Assembly: GCA_021775855.1 (NCBI GenBank) | Contig: JAJFGZ010000002.1 | Coordinates: 5,723-69,722, forward strand | Direction of reading: 5' to 3' | Source: Hyphomicrobiales bacterium | Lineage (GTDB): Bacteria > Pseudomonadota > Alphaproteobacteria > Rhizobiales > NORP267 | Length of the DNA stretch: 64,000 nt | Part shown: positions 36,194 to 46,716 of the stretch, one piece after another | How positions within the stretch are numbered: the first letter of the stretch is position 1 | Layout of the letters: each line of letters opens with the position of its first letter | Made by a program: the position numbers and the translations under genes | Notes under the pieces: generated by a model | What the model was told of the DNA's origin: nothing | The model's input: only the letters and a program-made list of their open reading frames with translations | Databases searched by the model: none

Positions 36194-36623
36194 GCGAGAA
36201 GAACTCCATGATAATTTAATTACGATACGAATCGTATCATATATAACAGAACATCGGAGTGCAACCCGGGAACACGGCCTGGTGGCAATAATCTCGATCA
36301 TGATTGCGCGTATTTCAGGACGGAGCCCCGGAAAACGGCTGGAGCTCTCCCTTGCCCAGAACTGGAGAAATGGTGTGTATTTGGATTGTCTTGAAACCGG
36401 GATAAACTTCAGGTGAAGCGAATCCAGCTCGTTTTACCAGAAATGAAATGCGCTCTATATAATGCAGATCGTGTCCGCGCTATGGATGAGCTACCCAAGA
36501 CGACAGCATGCAAACTGTTGAAATTCGTCATGAGTGACGCGATGAACGAAGAACGCGGTCTGATCATTTCTGAAACGATTCAAAAGCCTTCACTGGCATC
36601 AACGGAAAAATGAGATACTTAAA

Positions 36624-37100
36624 ATGAGCAAGACTGATCTTCCGATCCTCGAGCAGCGGCGAATCGAAGCCAATATCATCAAGCCAATCTACGAGGAAAT
36701 GGTCATGGAACTGGGTGCCGCGAAGGCCGGTTCCATTCTCAAGTCAGCTATTGTTAAAAACGCCATTGCGCATGGCCAGGCTTATGCTGAGGCACAGACT
36801 GAGCCGACGTCATTGTCGAGTTTTCACGAATTGCTGGAGCAATGGAAAGCCGGCGGTGCACTGGAAGTCGAGATGCTCCACGAAAGCGAGCAGAAGATCG
36901 ACTATAATATTACCCGGTGCCGGTTCGCCGAAATGTACCGCGAGATGGGGCTGGCGGATATCGGCCATATTCTATCGTGTGGCCGCGACGGGACATTCTG
37001 CACCGGCTACGATCCAAAGATAAAACTGGAGCGAACCCAGACAATCATGCAGGGCTCCAGCCATTGCGATTTTCGTTATTCGTATGAACAGGATTCCTGA
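36624..37100 (+). CDS. L-2-amino-thiazoline-4-carboxylic acid hydrolase family protein
   Basis: ITRCRFAEMYREMGLADIGHILSCGRDGTFCTGYDPKIKLERTQTIMQGSSHCDFRY matches the Cys-rich C-terminal signature of this family as I remember it. Confidence 0.65.
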   Translation: MSKTDLPILEQRRIEANIIKPIYEEMVMELGAAKAGSILKSAIVKNAIAHGQAYAEAQTEPTSLSSFHELLEQWKAGGALEVEMLHESEQKIDYNITRCRFAEMYREMGLADIGHILSCGRDGTFCTGYDPKIKLERTQTIMQGSSHCDFRYSYEQDS

Positions 37101-37244
37101 CACAGCAAAACCTGCGCCAAATAGGCATTCAGACGGATCTTGAGAGTCTCCGGTATGGATAAACTCGAAAATGAATCCGGAATAAAAAGAGCCTAGACAA
37201 TATTTGTCGTTAGCAATTGAAATAATGGGAATAGAAATTTTGGA

Positions 37245-37319
37245 TGGTACGCCCTAGGGGAATCGAACCCCTCTTTCCAGGTTGAAAACCTGGCGTCCTA
37301 ACCGATAGACGAAGGGCGC
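37245..37319 (-). tRNA. tRNA-Glu (anticodon UUC)
   Basis: The minus strand reads GCGCCCTTCGTCTATCGGTTAGGACGCCAGGTTTTCAACCTGGAAAGAGGGGTTCGATTCCCCTAGGGCGTACCA. The anticodon loop is TTTTCAA, the first acceptor pair is G1:U72, and CCA is encoded. Confidence 0.88.
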
Positions 37320-37425
37320 ACATCGCCGCAGCTTATAAGGCCGAATTGCCCCCAAACGCAATATCTGTATGTGGATTATTCTCGCCCGCATTTTGGGCGG
37401 CGTTTAGGCGCCGGATATGACCTCG

Positions 37426-39234
37426 CTATTTTGAGACGGCGGCGTCGGTTATCTGCAATTGCACGCGCTCCCGGCCCTGCCAGCGATCGAGCCGCAGGCG
37501 ACCGGCCAAATGGACTGGAGCCGGTGGTTTCGAGAGCAGGAACGCGCCGAGCGGGGCATCGGCGGCGCGAAAGGCGATGGCGTCCAGGCGCTTCCCATCC
37601 GCAGACTGGAGCGCGACCTTGACGTGACCTGTGCCGACGATATCGGCATAGGTGATTTTATGCGCAGGGAGTACGAATTGCGGCTCCGGGTTGCCCATCC
37701 CGTAGGGGCTTGCGCGTGACAGGAGACGCATCAGCGCCGGGGTGGCAGCCGACGCTGTCAGGGCGCCGTCGACGGCCAGGCTGTCGGACGCCCGCGATTG
37801 TACGACGTCATCGGCCATGTGTTCACTTAGATAGGCCCTTAGATCGCCGAGGCGGGATCGTTCGATTGTCAGGCCTGCGGCCATTGCGTGGCCACCGCCC
37901 TTCAGCAGGATGCCCTCTTCCACTGCTGATCGGATGGCTTTTCCCAGATCAACACCGGAGATCGAACGGCCCGAGCCAGTACCCTTCCCGTCCGAGTCGA
38001 AGGCAATCGCGATGGTCGGCAATTGGAACCGGTCCTTGACCCGGGTCGCGACCAGCCCGACGACGCCCGGGTGCCAATCATTGCCACTGGTGACAATGAC
38101 AGAATTGTCTGCTTCCTTGCCGAGGCCCCGCTCGGCTTCTGCCAGCGCGACTTCGATTGTACGCTGCTCGATTTCCTGGCGCTCGGCGTTCAACCGATCA
38201 AGGGTTGTGGCGATCTCGCCGGCCTCGAAGTCTTCTGTTGTGGTCAACAGGCACGCGCCGAGATTTGCGCGACCGATCCGGCCACCGGCATTGATCCGGG
38301 GGCCGAGTAAAAACCCGAGATGGTAGGTGCTGGCCTCCCCGCTTGCGCGCGCAGTTCGGCGTAGGGCCCGCAATCCGGCATTCTGCTCGTTGTCCATGAT
38401 CGCCAGACCGCGCGTCACAAAGGCGCGGTTCAACCCGGTCAAAGCAACGGAATCGCATACTGTTCCGAGCGCCACCAGATCGAGCCACTGCATCAGATCC
38501 GGTGCGGGTCGCGTCTCTGTATACCATCCTGATTGGCGGAGAGCCCGGTTGACCGCGACGATGGTGAGAAACGTCACGCCGACCGCGGCCAGGTGACTTA
38601 GCCCGCTCAGATCATCCTGGCGGTTGGGATTTACGATTGCATAGGCGGGTGGGAGATTATCATCTGTCTGGTGATGATCGAGGACAACAATATCGAGCCC
38701 GGATTGCGCCATTTCCTCAAATACAGCGTGGCTGGCGGTGCCGCAATCGACGGTGATCAGCAGGGTTGTTCCACCCTTTCGGATTTCCTTCAGTGCTTCG
38801 ATATTTGGCCCATAGCCCTCAAATATCCGGTCCGGGATATAGATATCTGCGCTGACACCGGCCGCGCCGAGGAACCTTGCAAGGGTTGCTGACGAGGTCG
38901 CACCGTCGACATCGTAGTCGCCGAATATGGTGATTTTCTCGCCTGATTTGACAGCTTCCGCAATCCGTTCGGCGGCGCGGTCCATATCGGCCAGGGAAGA
39001 TGGATCAGGCATTTGATTCCTGATCGAAGGGTTCAGGTACAATTCTGCATCGTCCGGTTGCACGCCGCGCCCGGCCAAAACCCGGCCAAGCAATTCGGGC
39101 AAATCAAGTTTTTGCGCGATTGCGGTTGCGATCCGCTCCTCGCCTGGTGCCAGTCGCGACCGCCAGCGTCGGCCCGACACGGAGCGATCAACGCCCAGAA
39201 ACGGTGCGGCCTCTGCAATATCGTTTATTTTCAA
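37426..39234 (-). CDS. recJ: Single-stranded-DNA-specific exonuclease RecJ
   Basis: 602 aa with the DHH-family motifs FGDYDVDGATS, TVDCG and VVLDHHQ, plus the DHHA1 motif GGGHAMAAG. Confidence 0.92.
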   Translation of the reverse strand: MKINDIAEAAPFLGVDRSVSGRRWRSRLAPGEERIATAIAQKLDLPELLGRVLAGRGVQPDDAELYLNPSIRNQMPDPSSLADMDRAAERIAEAVKSGEKITIFGDYDVDGATSSATLARFLGAAGVSADIYIPDRIFEGYGPNIEALKEIRKGGTTLLITVDCGTASHAVFEEMAQSGLDIVVLDHHQTDDNLPPAYAIVNPNRQDDLSGLSHLAAVGVTFLTIVAVNRALRQSGWYTETRPAPDLMQWLDLVALGTVCDSVALTGLNRAFVTRGLAIMDNEQNAGLRALRRTARASGEASTYHLGFLLGPRINAGGRIGRANLGACLLTTTEDFEAGEIATTLDRLNAERQEIEQRTIEVALAEAERGLGKEADNSVIVTSGNDWHPGVVGLVATRVKDRFQLPTIAIAFDSDGKGTGSGRSISGVDLGKAIRSAVEEGILLKGGGHAMAAGLTIERSRLGDLRAYLSEHMADDVVQSRASDSLAVDGALTASAATPALMRLLSRASPYGMGNPEPQFVLPAHKITYADIVGTGHVKVALQSADGKRLDAIAFRAADAPLGAFLLSKPPAPVHLAGRLRLDRWQGRERVQLQITDAAVSK

Positions 39235-39259
39235 GGAGGTGGGCAGCGGCGTAGGCCTC

Positions 39260-40258
39260 CTATGTCAGGCCACCGGTGAATTTATTCCCGTGGCTATGGG
39301 CTGCTGAAATTCTGCGCACCGTTTTCGTCGACGACCGCATAACCAACGAATCGGTGCGGATGCAATTTTTTTCGAATTTCACGCCCAGAAGCATGTTGCC
39401 ATCGGTTACGCCAGTCGCCGAAAACAGAACATCGCCGCGCGCCATGTCTTCCATGGAATATACCCGCTTCGGGTCTTCGATCCCCATACGTGCCGCGCGG
39501 GCGACCTTCTCGTCCGTATCGAGAATAAGGCGCGACTGCATTTGCCCGCCAATACAACGCAGCGCGGCAGCGGCCAGAACACCTTCTGGCGCGCCGCCGA
39601 TACCGATATAAATATCGATGCCGGTTTCTTCCGGGTTGGTGGTGTGTATGACGCCGGCAACGTCACCATCGCCGATCAACCGGATAGCGGCGCCGCAATC
39701 CCGCACTGCCTCGATAACGCGGGCGTGGCGCGGGCGGTCCAGGATGCAGGCGGTGATTTCATCGACCGGCACGCCCTTGGCCAAAGCCAATTTTTTGATG
39801 TTATCTTCGGGCGAAGCGTCAATATCGACCAACCCGGGTTCAAACCCGGGGCCGATCGCGATCTTATCCATATAGACGTCAGGGGCGTTTAACAGACTGC
39901 CCTTTTCTGCCATGGCGATCACCGCAAGTGAATTTGGCAGGGACTTGGCGCATATCGTGGTGCCTTCCAGCGGATCCAAAGCGATATCGACTTCCTGCCC
40001 CTCCCCGGTACCAACTTCTTCGCCGATAAACAGCATAGGTGCCTCGTCGCGTTCGCCCTCGCCGATCACGACCGTTCCCCGGATCTGGAGACTATTTAAT
40101 TCGGTTCGCATCGCGTCGACCGCAACCTGGTCGGCCGCGTGTTCGTCGCCACGGCCGCGTAGACGCGCGGCAGCAACAGCCGCGCGTTCTGTCACGCGGA
40201 CAATTTCCAGTGTCAGCACGCGGTCTAGAACATGCTCCCCGGATTTATCGCTTCCCAT
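39260..40258 (-). CDS. glpX: Class II fructose-1,6-bisphosphatase (GlpX type)
   Basis: The GlpX signature is VTERAAVAAA...GRGDEHAADQVAVDAM...IGEGERDEAPML...DIALDPLEGT. Confidence 0.9.
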   Translation of the reverse strand: MGSDKSGEHVLDRVLTLEIVRVTERAAVAAARLRGRGDEHAADQVAVDAMRTELNSLQIRGTVVIGEGERDEAPMLFIGEEVGTGEGQEVDIALDPLEGTTICAKSLPNSLAVIAMAEKGSLLNAPDVYMDKIAIGPGFEPGLVDIDASPEDNIKKLALAKGVPVDEITACILDRPRHARVIEAVRDCGAAIRLIGDGDVAGVIHTTNPEETGIDIYIGIGGAPEGVLAAAALRCIGGQMQSRLILDTDEKVARAARMGIEDPKRVYSMEDMARGDVLFSATGVTDGNMLLGVKFEKNCIRTDSLVMRSSTKTVRRISAAHSHGNKFTGGLT

Positions 40259-40283
40259 CCCGTATTGCTCCCCGATTTTGATG

Positions 40284-41582
40284 TTACCGTTCGATGCGGA
40301 TCATCTGTGGTTGGTTATCTATATGGCCGTCTTCGCGGATTGCAGCCAACGCCATGCGTACATTTTCCTCCAGCGTCTCGTGGGTTACAAGGGTGACCGA
40401 TTGCCGCCCGCTCACGACGTCCTGATCGTCCTGGTGCTGGAGAATGTGTTCAAGGGATATGTCTTGCTCAGCCATCCGCGAGGCAATGGCTGCGAACGCG
40501 CCCGGACGGTCGTAGACGTTGAGGCGGATAAAATACCCGCCCTCGTGGGCGCGCATGCGCGCATTCTGATATTGCTTTAGCTCAGCTGCCGGACGACCCA
40601 AAGGCGTACGGATAGTTCCGGCAGCGATATCAGCCACATCGCCCAATATGGCGGACGCGGTTGCAGACCCACCAGCGCCCGGTCCCGCCAACAGAATTTC
40701 TCCGACAATATCGCCGTCAATAACGACCGCATTGGTTACCCCATCGATTTGTGCGATTTGAGAAGATTTCTCAACCAGGGTCGGGTGGACCCGTTGCTCG
40801 ATCCCGGAATCGGTGGCAACGGCGACGCCAAGCAGCTTGATACGGTAACCGAGATTGTCGGCCGCTTTGATATCGGCGGTTGCGACCGCCTCTATACCCT
40901 CAACGTATATGGAATCACTGTTGATCCGGGTCCCGAACGCCAGGCTGGTAAGGATCGCCAGTTTGTGGGCGGTGTCGTGGCCGCCGATATCGAAGGTAGG
41001 GTCGGCTTCAGCGTAACCGAGATTTTGGGCGTCTTTCAGGACCGCTTCGAAGGACAGGTCCTCTTTTTCCATGCGTGTCAGGATATAATTGCAGGTACCG
41101 TTGAGGATTCCGAATACGCGGGTCACACAGTTCGCCGCCAGGCTTTCCCTGATCGTCTTGATGATCGGGATCCCGCCTGCAACGGCCGCTTCGAACCCAA
41201 GCGAAACCATGTTGTCTTCAGCGCTTTGCGCCAGCTCGTTGCCGTGGCGCGCAAGCAACGCCTTGTTGGCGGTAATGACGTGCTTTCTGGCGCCCAGTGC
41301 TTCGGTCACCGAGGCAAGTGCGATGCCGTCTTCGCCGCCAATCAGTTCTACAAAGACATCAATTGAAGGATCTCGTGCAAGTGCCAGTGCGTCGTCGAAC
41401 CATGTTGCATTGGACAGATCGATGCCACGGTCTTTGTTTCTGTCGCGCGCAGATACCCCGACCAACTCAACCGGGCGCCCGGACCGGGCCGCCAGAAGCG
41501 GCCCTTTTTCAGCCAAAAGCCGGGCGACTTCCACGCCAACCGTGCCGAGACCGGCGACACCAATTTTCAAGCTGTTTGTCAT
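40284..41582 (-). CDS. hom: Homoserine dehydrogenase
   Basis: Start is at ATG 41582 (MTNSLKIGVAGLGTVGVEV, the NAD-binding motif). A C-terminal ACT domain is present. The track start at 41786 is a TTG that overlaps the upstream gene. Confidence 0.9.
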   Translation of the reverse strand: MTNSLKIGVAGLGTVGVEVARLLAEKGPLLAARSGRPVELVGVSARDRNKDRGIDLSNATWFDDALALARDPSIDVFVELIGGEDGIALASVTEALGARKHVITANKALLARHGNELAQSAEDNMVSLGFEAAVAGGIPIIKTIRESLAANCVTRVFGILNGTCNYILTRMEKEDLSFEAVLKDAQNLGYAEADPTFDIGGHDTAHKLAILTSLAFGTRINSDSIYVEGIEAVATADIKAADNLGYRIKLLGVAVATDSGIEQRVHPTLVEKSSQIAQIDGVTNAVVIDGDIVGEILLAGPGAGGSATASAILGDVADIAAGTIRTPLGRPAAELKQYQNARMRAHEGGYFIRLNVYDRPGAFAAIASRMAEQDISLEHILQHQDDQDVVSGRQSVTLVTHETLEENVRMALAAIREDGHIDNQPQMIRIER

Positions 41583-41643
41583 CCCTGGAGGGATCCTGTC
41601 ATGACCAGATAAATACAAGGGAGCCGGACAGTCCGGATTGCGA

Positions 41644-42861
41644 TTATCGAGCCCCAATAGGGATGACGTTGTGCATGGTTTCAGGGGCGGTTGCAAGAAA
41701 ACGGCGGATATTTCGCGCGGCCTGGCGGATCCGCTGCTCGTTTTCCACAAGGGCAATCCGCACATAACCTTCGCCGTATTCGCCAAACCCGATCCCCGGT
41801 GAAACAGCGACGTCTGCTTTATCGATCAAAAGCTTGGAAAATTCCAGGGATCCAAGTTCCCGGAAAGGGTCCGGGACCGGCGCCCAGGCGAACATTGTGG
41901 CAGCGGGCGACGGTATTTCCCATCCGGCCCGGCCAAAAGAATCAACCAAAACGTCCCGCCGGCTTCGGTATGTTTCACGGATATCATCGATCACCGAGTC
42001 CGGGCCATTCAAGGCGGCCGTTGCGGCTACCTGGATGGGCGTGAAGGCGCCGTAATCAAGGTAAGACTTGATCCGCGCGAGAGCTGCAATCAAGCGCTCG
42101 TTGCCGACTGCGAAACCCATCCTCCATCCGGGCATGGCGTAGGTTTTAGACATTGAGGAAAATTCCACTGTCATGTCCATGGCGCCCGGGACTTCCAACA
42201 TTGATGGCGGTGGATTGTCGTCGAAATACATTTCTGCGTAGGCCACATCCGACAACACGAACAGATCGTGTTTGCGGGCCAGCGCAATTACTTCGACATA
42301 GAAATCCATATCCGCCGTATAGGCAGTGGGATTGGCTGGGAAATTGATTACGACAACAATCGGCTTCGGGATCGAATGGCGAACCGCGTGATCCAACCGT
42401 CGCAAATATTCCTCGCCCGGTTGCGCCGGCAAATGACGGATCGCGCCACCGGACAGAAGAAACCCGAACATATGGATCGGGTAGGTGGGGTTCGGTACCA
42501 ATACCACATCGCCTGGTGCGGTAATGGCCTGGGCCATATTGGCGAACCCTTCCTTGGAGCCGAGTGTGGCGACAATCTGGGTATCGGGATCGAGCTTGAC
42601 GCCAAATCGGCGGCCGTAATAGCCGGCCTGGGCCTTGCGCAAGCCCTGGATACCGCGCGACGCCGAATACCGGTGGGTGCGCGGTTTACGAACCGTTTCC
42701 ACCAGCTTTTCGATGATATGGTCCGGTGTCGACATATCCGGATTGCCCATGCCGAAATCGATAATATCAATGTCCTTGGCGCGGGCTTTGGCCTTGGCGG
42801 CGTTGACCTCCTCAAAAATATATGGCGGGAGGCGTTTTATACGGTGAAACTGGTTGGGCAT
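41644..42861 (-). CDS. Class I/II aminotransferase (AlaC / LL-diaminopimelate aminotransferase-like)
   Basis: The N-terminus is FHRIKRLPPYIFEEVN...IDFGMGNPD. The PLP-lysine context is FSSMSKTYAMPGWRMG. Confidence 0.88.
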   Translation of the reverse strand: MPNQFHRIKRLPPYIFEEVNAAKAKARAKDIDIIDFGMGNPDMSTPDHIIEKLVETVRKPRTHRYSASRGIQGLRKAQAGYYGRRFGVKLDPDTQIVATLGSKEGFANMAQAITAPGDVVLVPNPTYPIHMFGFLLSGGAIRHLPAQPGEEYLRRLDHAVRHSIPKPIVVVINFPANPTAYTADMDFYVEVIALARKHDLFVLSDVAYAEMYFDDNPPPSMLEVPGAMDMTVEFSSMSKTYAMPGWRMGFAVGNERLIAALARIKSYLDYGAFTPIQVAATAALNGPDSVIDDIRETYRSRRDVLVDSFGRAGWEIPSPAATMFAWAPVPDPFRELGSLEFSKLLIDKADVAVSPGIGFGEYGEGYVRIALVENEQRIRQAARNIRRFLATAPETMHNVIPIGAR

Positions 42862-42885
42862 GGTCTGGATCCAAAGCGCGAAATC

Positions 42886-43179
42886 TTATCGGTCTACAAT
42901 CTGCTCGGTCCTGGCGGAATCGTGGGAGGCGGCCAGATCATTCAGTTCCATCCGTAACGCCGTTACCTCGGCTGGCGAAAGGGACGTATTTACCGGATTT
43001 GGCGTGTCGCTGAATTTGGGATAGGTCGTCGGTACTGCCAGTGTCGTTCCCAGGTCATCATTGAGTGAGCAGGCCGTGGCCAGTCCTAAAATGCAAGTTA
43101 TCAGCGCTATTCGCACCGGCCTTGAACTGAACGAACTGCGATGAAATTTGGATTTAACCAGGATTTTAAGAGACACCAT
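42886..43179 (-). CDS. Small putative lipoprotein/secreted protein
   Basis: 97 aa with a basic N-terminus followed by VRIALITCILGLATAC, an approximate lipobox. I recognise no family. Confidence 0.4.
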   Translation of the reverse strand: MVSLKILVKSKFHRSSFSSRPVRIALITCILGLATACSLNDDLGTTLAVPTTYPKFSDTPNPVNTSLSPAEVTALRMELNDLAASHDSARTEQIVDR

Positions 43180-43311
43180 GTGACTCGGCCTGCCAATGCG
43201 TTAAGCTATGTCACGACCCTATGCCATGACCGACTGGAAGAAGTGAAATAACTTTGTGACTGAATCATGGAATATTTGATTAACAAATCGCCTCTGCGAA
43301 ATTCTTGAATC

Positions 43312-45102
43312 ATGACAGACGACAAGAAACCTGCTGACGAAGTTGCCTCAAATGCCGAGGAAGTTCTACAAAATGTCGTTCGCTTATTCGAAGAAAGCGG
43401 CAAGGCCCTCTCCAATCTTGCGGCGGCGCAGGGTAGTAAAAACACCGGTCAATCCCTCAACGCCGCGGCGCGGATCCTCGGCACTGTTGCCGAACGGTGG
43501 ATGGCGGACCCTGAAAAGGCCGTAAAAGCGCAATCCGACCTGATGACCGGGTATTTCGATCTCTGGAGCAAGAGCATGCACCGCTTCATGGGCGAGTATG
43601 TTGAGCCAGCTGCCGAGCCCGACCCGGGAGATAAACGCTTCAAAGATGAGGAATGGAGCAACAACCAGTATTTTGACTTTGTGAAGCAAGCCTATTTGGT
43701 TACCTCACGCTGGGCCGAGCACCAAGTCGATGATACCGACAATATCGATGAGGTCACCAAAAAGAAGGCAGAATTTTATCTCTCCCAACTGATCAACGCC
43801 TTGTCGCCCTCAAATTTCGTGCCAACGAACCCGGAGCTTCTCCGCGAGACGCTAACCTCGAAAGGCGAAAATCTTGTCCGGGGCATGAAGATGCTGGCGG
43901 AGGATATTCAGCGTGGCGGTGGTAATCTGAAGATCCGGCAGTCCGACTATGATGCCTTTTCAGTTGGCGAAAACCTCGCCACCACCCCGGGTAAAGTGAT
44001 TTATCAAAACGAACTGATCCAGCTCATCCAGTACGAGGCCTCCACTGAGAAAGTGCTAAAGCGCCCTCTCCTGATCATCCCGCCCTGGATCAACAAATTT
44101 TACATCCTCGACCTCAACGAGAAAAAGAGTTTCATCAAGTGGTGCGTTGATCAGGGGCACAGTGTCTTTGTCATTTCCTGGGTCAATCCGACCCGCGAAA
44201 TTGCCACCAAGACGTTTGAAAATTATATGCACGAAGGCATCATTGAGGCCTGCAACATAGTCGAGCAAGCGACCGGGGAAAAATCACTTAACGCGATCGG
44301 GTACTGCGTTGGCGGAACCCTGCTCGCGACGACCCTGGCGTTCATGGCGAAGGGGCGCAAGAAACCAATCAAGAGTGCGACATTTTTTACGACCCAAATC
44401 GATTTTACTTATGCCGGCGACCTAATGGTCTTCGTCGACGAGGAACAGATCCAGGCGGTTGAAAAAGAGATGGCAGCGACCGGCTATTTGGAGAGCAATC
44501 ATATGTCGAGCGCCTTCAACATGTTGCGCGCGAACGACCTGATCTGGCCTTACATGGTCAATGTTTATGGCAAAGGTGAAGCCCCTTTCCCGTTCGACTT
44601 GCTCTTCTGGAATTCGGATTCCACCAACATGCCGGCGGCCAATCATTCGTTTTATCTGCGCGAATATTACCTCAATAATAATCTGACGGGTGGGCGCATG
44701 ATGATGGGCAGCAAGACACTGGATCTCAGTAAAGTCACCATTCCCGTCTACAATCTGGCAACGAAGGAAGACCATATCGCACCTGCCAAATCTGCGTATC
44801 ATGGAAGCCGTTTTCTTGGCGGCGAAGTCCGGTTTGTTCTTGCCGGCTCCGGTCATATTGCGGGCGTTATAAATTCTCCCGCCAAAAACAAATACCAATT
44901 TTGGACGGGCGCAGCGCCGGTTGACGGTGACCTAGAGGATTGGATGGCAAATGCGACCGAGACTCCTGGGTCCTGGTGGCCCGACTGGCATTCGTGGATT
45001 GCTGGGCTCGACAATAAACACGTGGACGCCCGTGAAATCGGTGGCGGGGAGCTGAAGCCGATCGAGGACGCGCCCGGATCTTACGTCAGAGCAAAGGGAT
45101 AA
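43312..45102 (+). CDS. phaC: Class I poly(3-hydroxyalkanoate) synthase
   Basis: 596 aa with the lipase box GYCVGGTLL, the PhaC N-terminal region (RFKDEEWSNNQYFDF) and the catalytic-His region SGHIAGVINSP. Confidence 0.92.
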   Translation: MTDDKKPADEVASNAEEVLQNVVRLFEESGKALSNLAAAQGSKNTGQSLNAAARILGTVAERWMADPEKAVKAQSDLMTGYFDLWSKSMHRFMGEYVEPAAEPDPGDKRFKDEEWSNNQYFDFVKQAYLVTSRWAEHQVDDTDNIDEVTKKKAEFYLSQLINALSPSNFVPTNPELLRETLTSKGENLVRGMKMLAEDIQRGGGNLKIRQSDYDAFSVGENLATTPGKVIYQNELIQLIQYEASTEKVLKRPLLIIPPWINKFYILDLNEKKSFIKWCVDQGHSVFVISWVNPTREIATKTFENYMHEGIIEACNIVEQATGEKSLNAIGYCVGGTLLATTLAFMAKGRKKPIKSATFFTTQIDFTYAGDLMVFVDEEQIQAVEKEMAATGYLESNHMSSAFNMLRANDLIWPYMVNVYGKGEAPFPFDLLFWNSDSTNMPAANHSFYLREYYLNNNLTGGRMMMGSKTLDLSKVTIPVYNLATKEDHIAPAKSAYHGSRFLGGEVRFVLAGSGHIAGVINSPAKNKYQFWTGAAPVDGDLEDWMANATETPGSWWPDWHSWIAGLDNKHVDAREIGGGELKPIEDAPGSYVRAKG

Positions 45103-45110
45103 CCAGCGAC

Positions 45111-45461
45111 GTGACCAACATGGAGAAACCTATCTCCAGTATCAAGAGCTACCACGCGCATATCTACTACGATGCTGAGACCAAGGACCTGGCGCAGGAA
45201 GTTCGCGGCAGGCTGGAAGTAAATTTTCCTGACCTGACCTACGGGCGTTGGCACGACAAGCCCGTTGGGCCGCATCCCGACTGGAGCAGTCAGGTGGCGT
45301 TTCCGGCGTCAAAATTCGCCGACGTCGCACCGTGGTTCGCCTTGAACCGGGCCGGTCTGGTAATTTTCATCCACCCTGAAAGCGGCGACGAACTGGTCGA
45401 TCACCGCGATCATGCCATTTGGCTGGGCGCCAAACGGGACCTCGATCTGTCGATTTTTTAA
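45111..45461 (+). CDS. DOPA 4,5-dioxygenase family protein
   Basis: 116 aa with YHAHIYYD...VGPHP...FIHPESG motifs. The start is GTG 45111 or ATG 45120. It lies 8 nt after the phaC stop. Confidence 0.7.
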   Translation: MTNMEKPISSIKSYHAHIYYDAETKDLAQEVRGRLEVNFPDLTYGRWHDKPVGPHPDWSSQVAFPASKFADVAPWFALNRAGLVIFIHPESGDELVDHRDHAIWLGAKRDLDLSIF

Positions 45462-46411
45462 CGCGCCGCGCGGGCAGCTTTGAGGCGGGCGAAGTCCTCG
45501 CCCGCGTGATGCGACGAACGCGTCAGCGGGCTCGAAGAGACAAGCAGGAAACCCTTCGAGCGGGCAATGTCAGCGTAGCTCTCGAATTGCTCCGGGGGCA
45601 CGAATTCGGCGACCGAAATATGCTTTCGGGTCGGTTGCAGATATTGACCGATGGTGAGGAAATCCACGTCCGCGCTCCGCAGGTCATCCATCAATTGCAG
45701 GACTTCGTTGCGGGTTTCGCCGAGACCCACCATGATTCCGGACTTGGTGAACATGGTGGCGTCGATTTCCTTTACCCGCTGTAACAGTCGGATCGAATGA
45801 AAATACCGCGCACCGGGGCGTACGGTCAGGTAGTTGGATGGCACCGTCTCCAGATTGTGGTTGAAGACGTCGGGCTTCGCAGCGACGACGGTCTCGAGCG
45901 CGCCGTCCTTGCGTAGGAAATCCGGTGTCAGCACTTCGATGGTTGTCGCAGGCGTTGCCTGTCGGATCGCTGCAATCACATCGGCGATATGCTGCCCGCC
46001 GCCATCCTTGAGGTCGTCGCGGTCAACCGAGGTGATCACCACATGCTTGAGAGACAGCTGGCGCACGGCGCTCGCTACGTTTTTTGGCTCATCCGCATCC
46101 AATGGCGCAGGGATGCCAGTGCGCACGTTGCAGAAGGCACAGGCGCGGGTGCAGGTATCGCCCATGACCATGAAAGTGGCATGGCGCTTGGTCCAGCATT
46201 CGCCGATATTCGGGCAGCCCGCCTCCTCACACACCGTGACAAGATTATTGTCTTGCACGATTTTTTTTGTCTCGTGGTAGATCGGCGATCCGGGAGCCTT
46301 GACCCTGATCCAGGAAGGTTTACGCAGGACCGGTTGGTCCGGCTTGTGCGCCTTTTCCGGATGGCGCGCGCCGCGCGACGACTGACCTAACGTATCGACC
46401 AAAGTGACCAT
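45458..46411 (-). CDS. lipA: Lipoyl synthase
   Basis: The auxiliary cluster motif is [12 protein letters not shown] and the radical-SAM motif is [10 protein letters not shown]. Start is at ATG 46411, because the track start at 46480 overlaps the upstream gene. Confidence 0.92.
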   Translation of the reverse strand: MVTLVDTLGQSSRGARHPEKAHKPDQPVLRKPSWIRVKAPGSPIYHETKKIVQDNNLVTVCEEAGCPNIGECWTKRHATFMVMGDTCTRACAFCNVRTGIPAPLDADEPKNVASAVRQLSLKHVVITSVDRDDLKDGGGQHIADVIAAIRQATPATTIEVLTPDFLRKDGALETVVAAKPDVFNHNLETVPSNYLTVRPGARYFHSIRLLQRVKEIDATMFTKSGIMVGLGETRNEVLQLMDDLRSADVDFLTIGQYLQPTRKHISVAEFVPPEQFESYADIARSKGFLLVSSSPLTRSSHHAGEDFARLKAARAAR

Positions 46412-46418
46412 GACGGCG

Positions 46419-46697
46419 TTACCTGTTCTTGACGGCGCGCCATATATAGACCAGGGCGATGGCGCCGATCGCCGAGACAATCAGGTTTCCCCAGAACCAA
46501 CCGGCAAAACGGATATTGAGCGTATCCGCGACCGCGCGACCTACAAACGATCCGGCGATCCCGACGATCATGTTGGTCAGCAACCCGTGGTTACTTTTGG
46601 TCGCTTTTTCCGCGATCCACCCAGCCAGCATCCCGATTATGATCATGCTGAATAGGCCGGCGCCGGGCATCGACATAATTCCCATGACATCGTTCAT
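46419..46697 (-). CDS. GlsB/YeaQ/YmgE-family stress-response membrane protein
   Basis: 92 aa. [13 protein letters not shown]...[16 protein letters not shown] is typical of the transglycosylase-associated family. Confidence 0.8.
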   Translation of the reverse strand: MNDVMGIMSMPGAGLFSMIIIGMLAGWIAEKATKSNHGLLTNMIVGIAGSFVGRAVADTLNIRFAGWFWGNLIVSAIGAIALVYIWRAVKNR

Positions 46698-46716
46698 GGT
46701 GTATTCCTTTCAAAAA

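Noticed and set aside
36413-36613. 66-aa plus-strand ORF (GTG start) just upstream of the ATC-hydrolase-family gene
   Set aside because: It has no recognisable motif, a weak start context and a low-GC spacer. It could be a real leader or small protein, but I cannot support it from sequence alone.
42268-42957. 229-aa plus-strand ORF
   Set aside because: It is antisense to the class I/II aminotransferase, which has a clear PLP-lysine motif on the minus strand.
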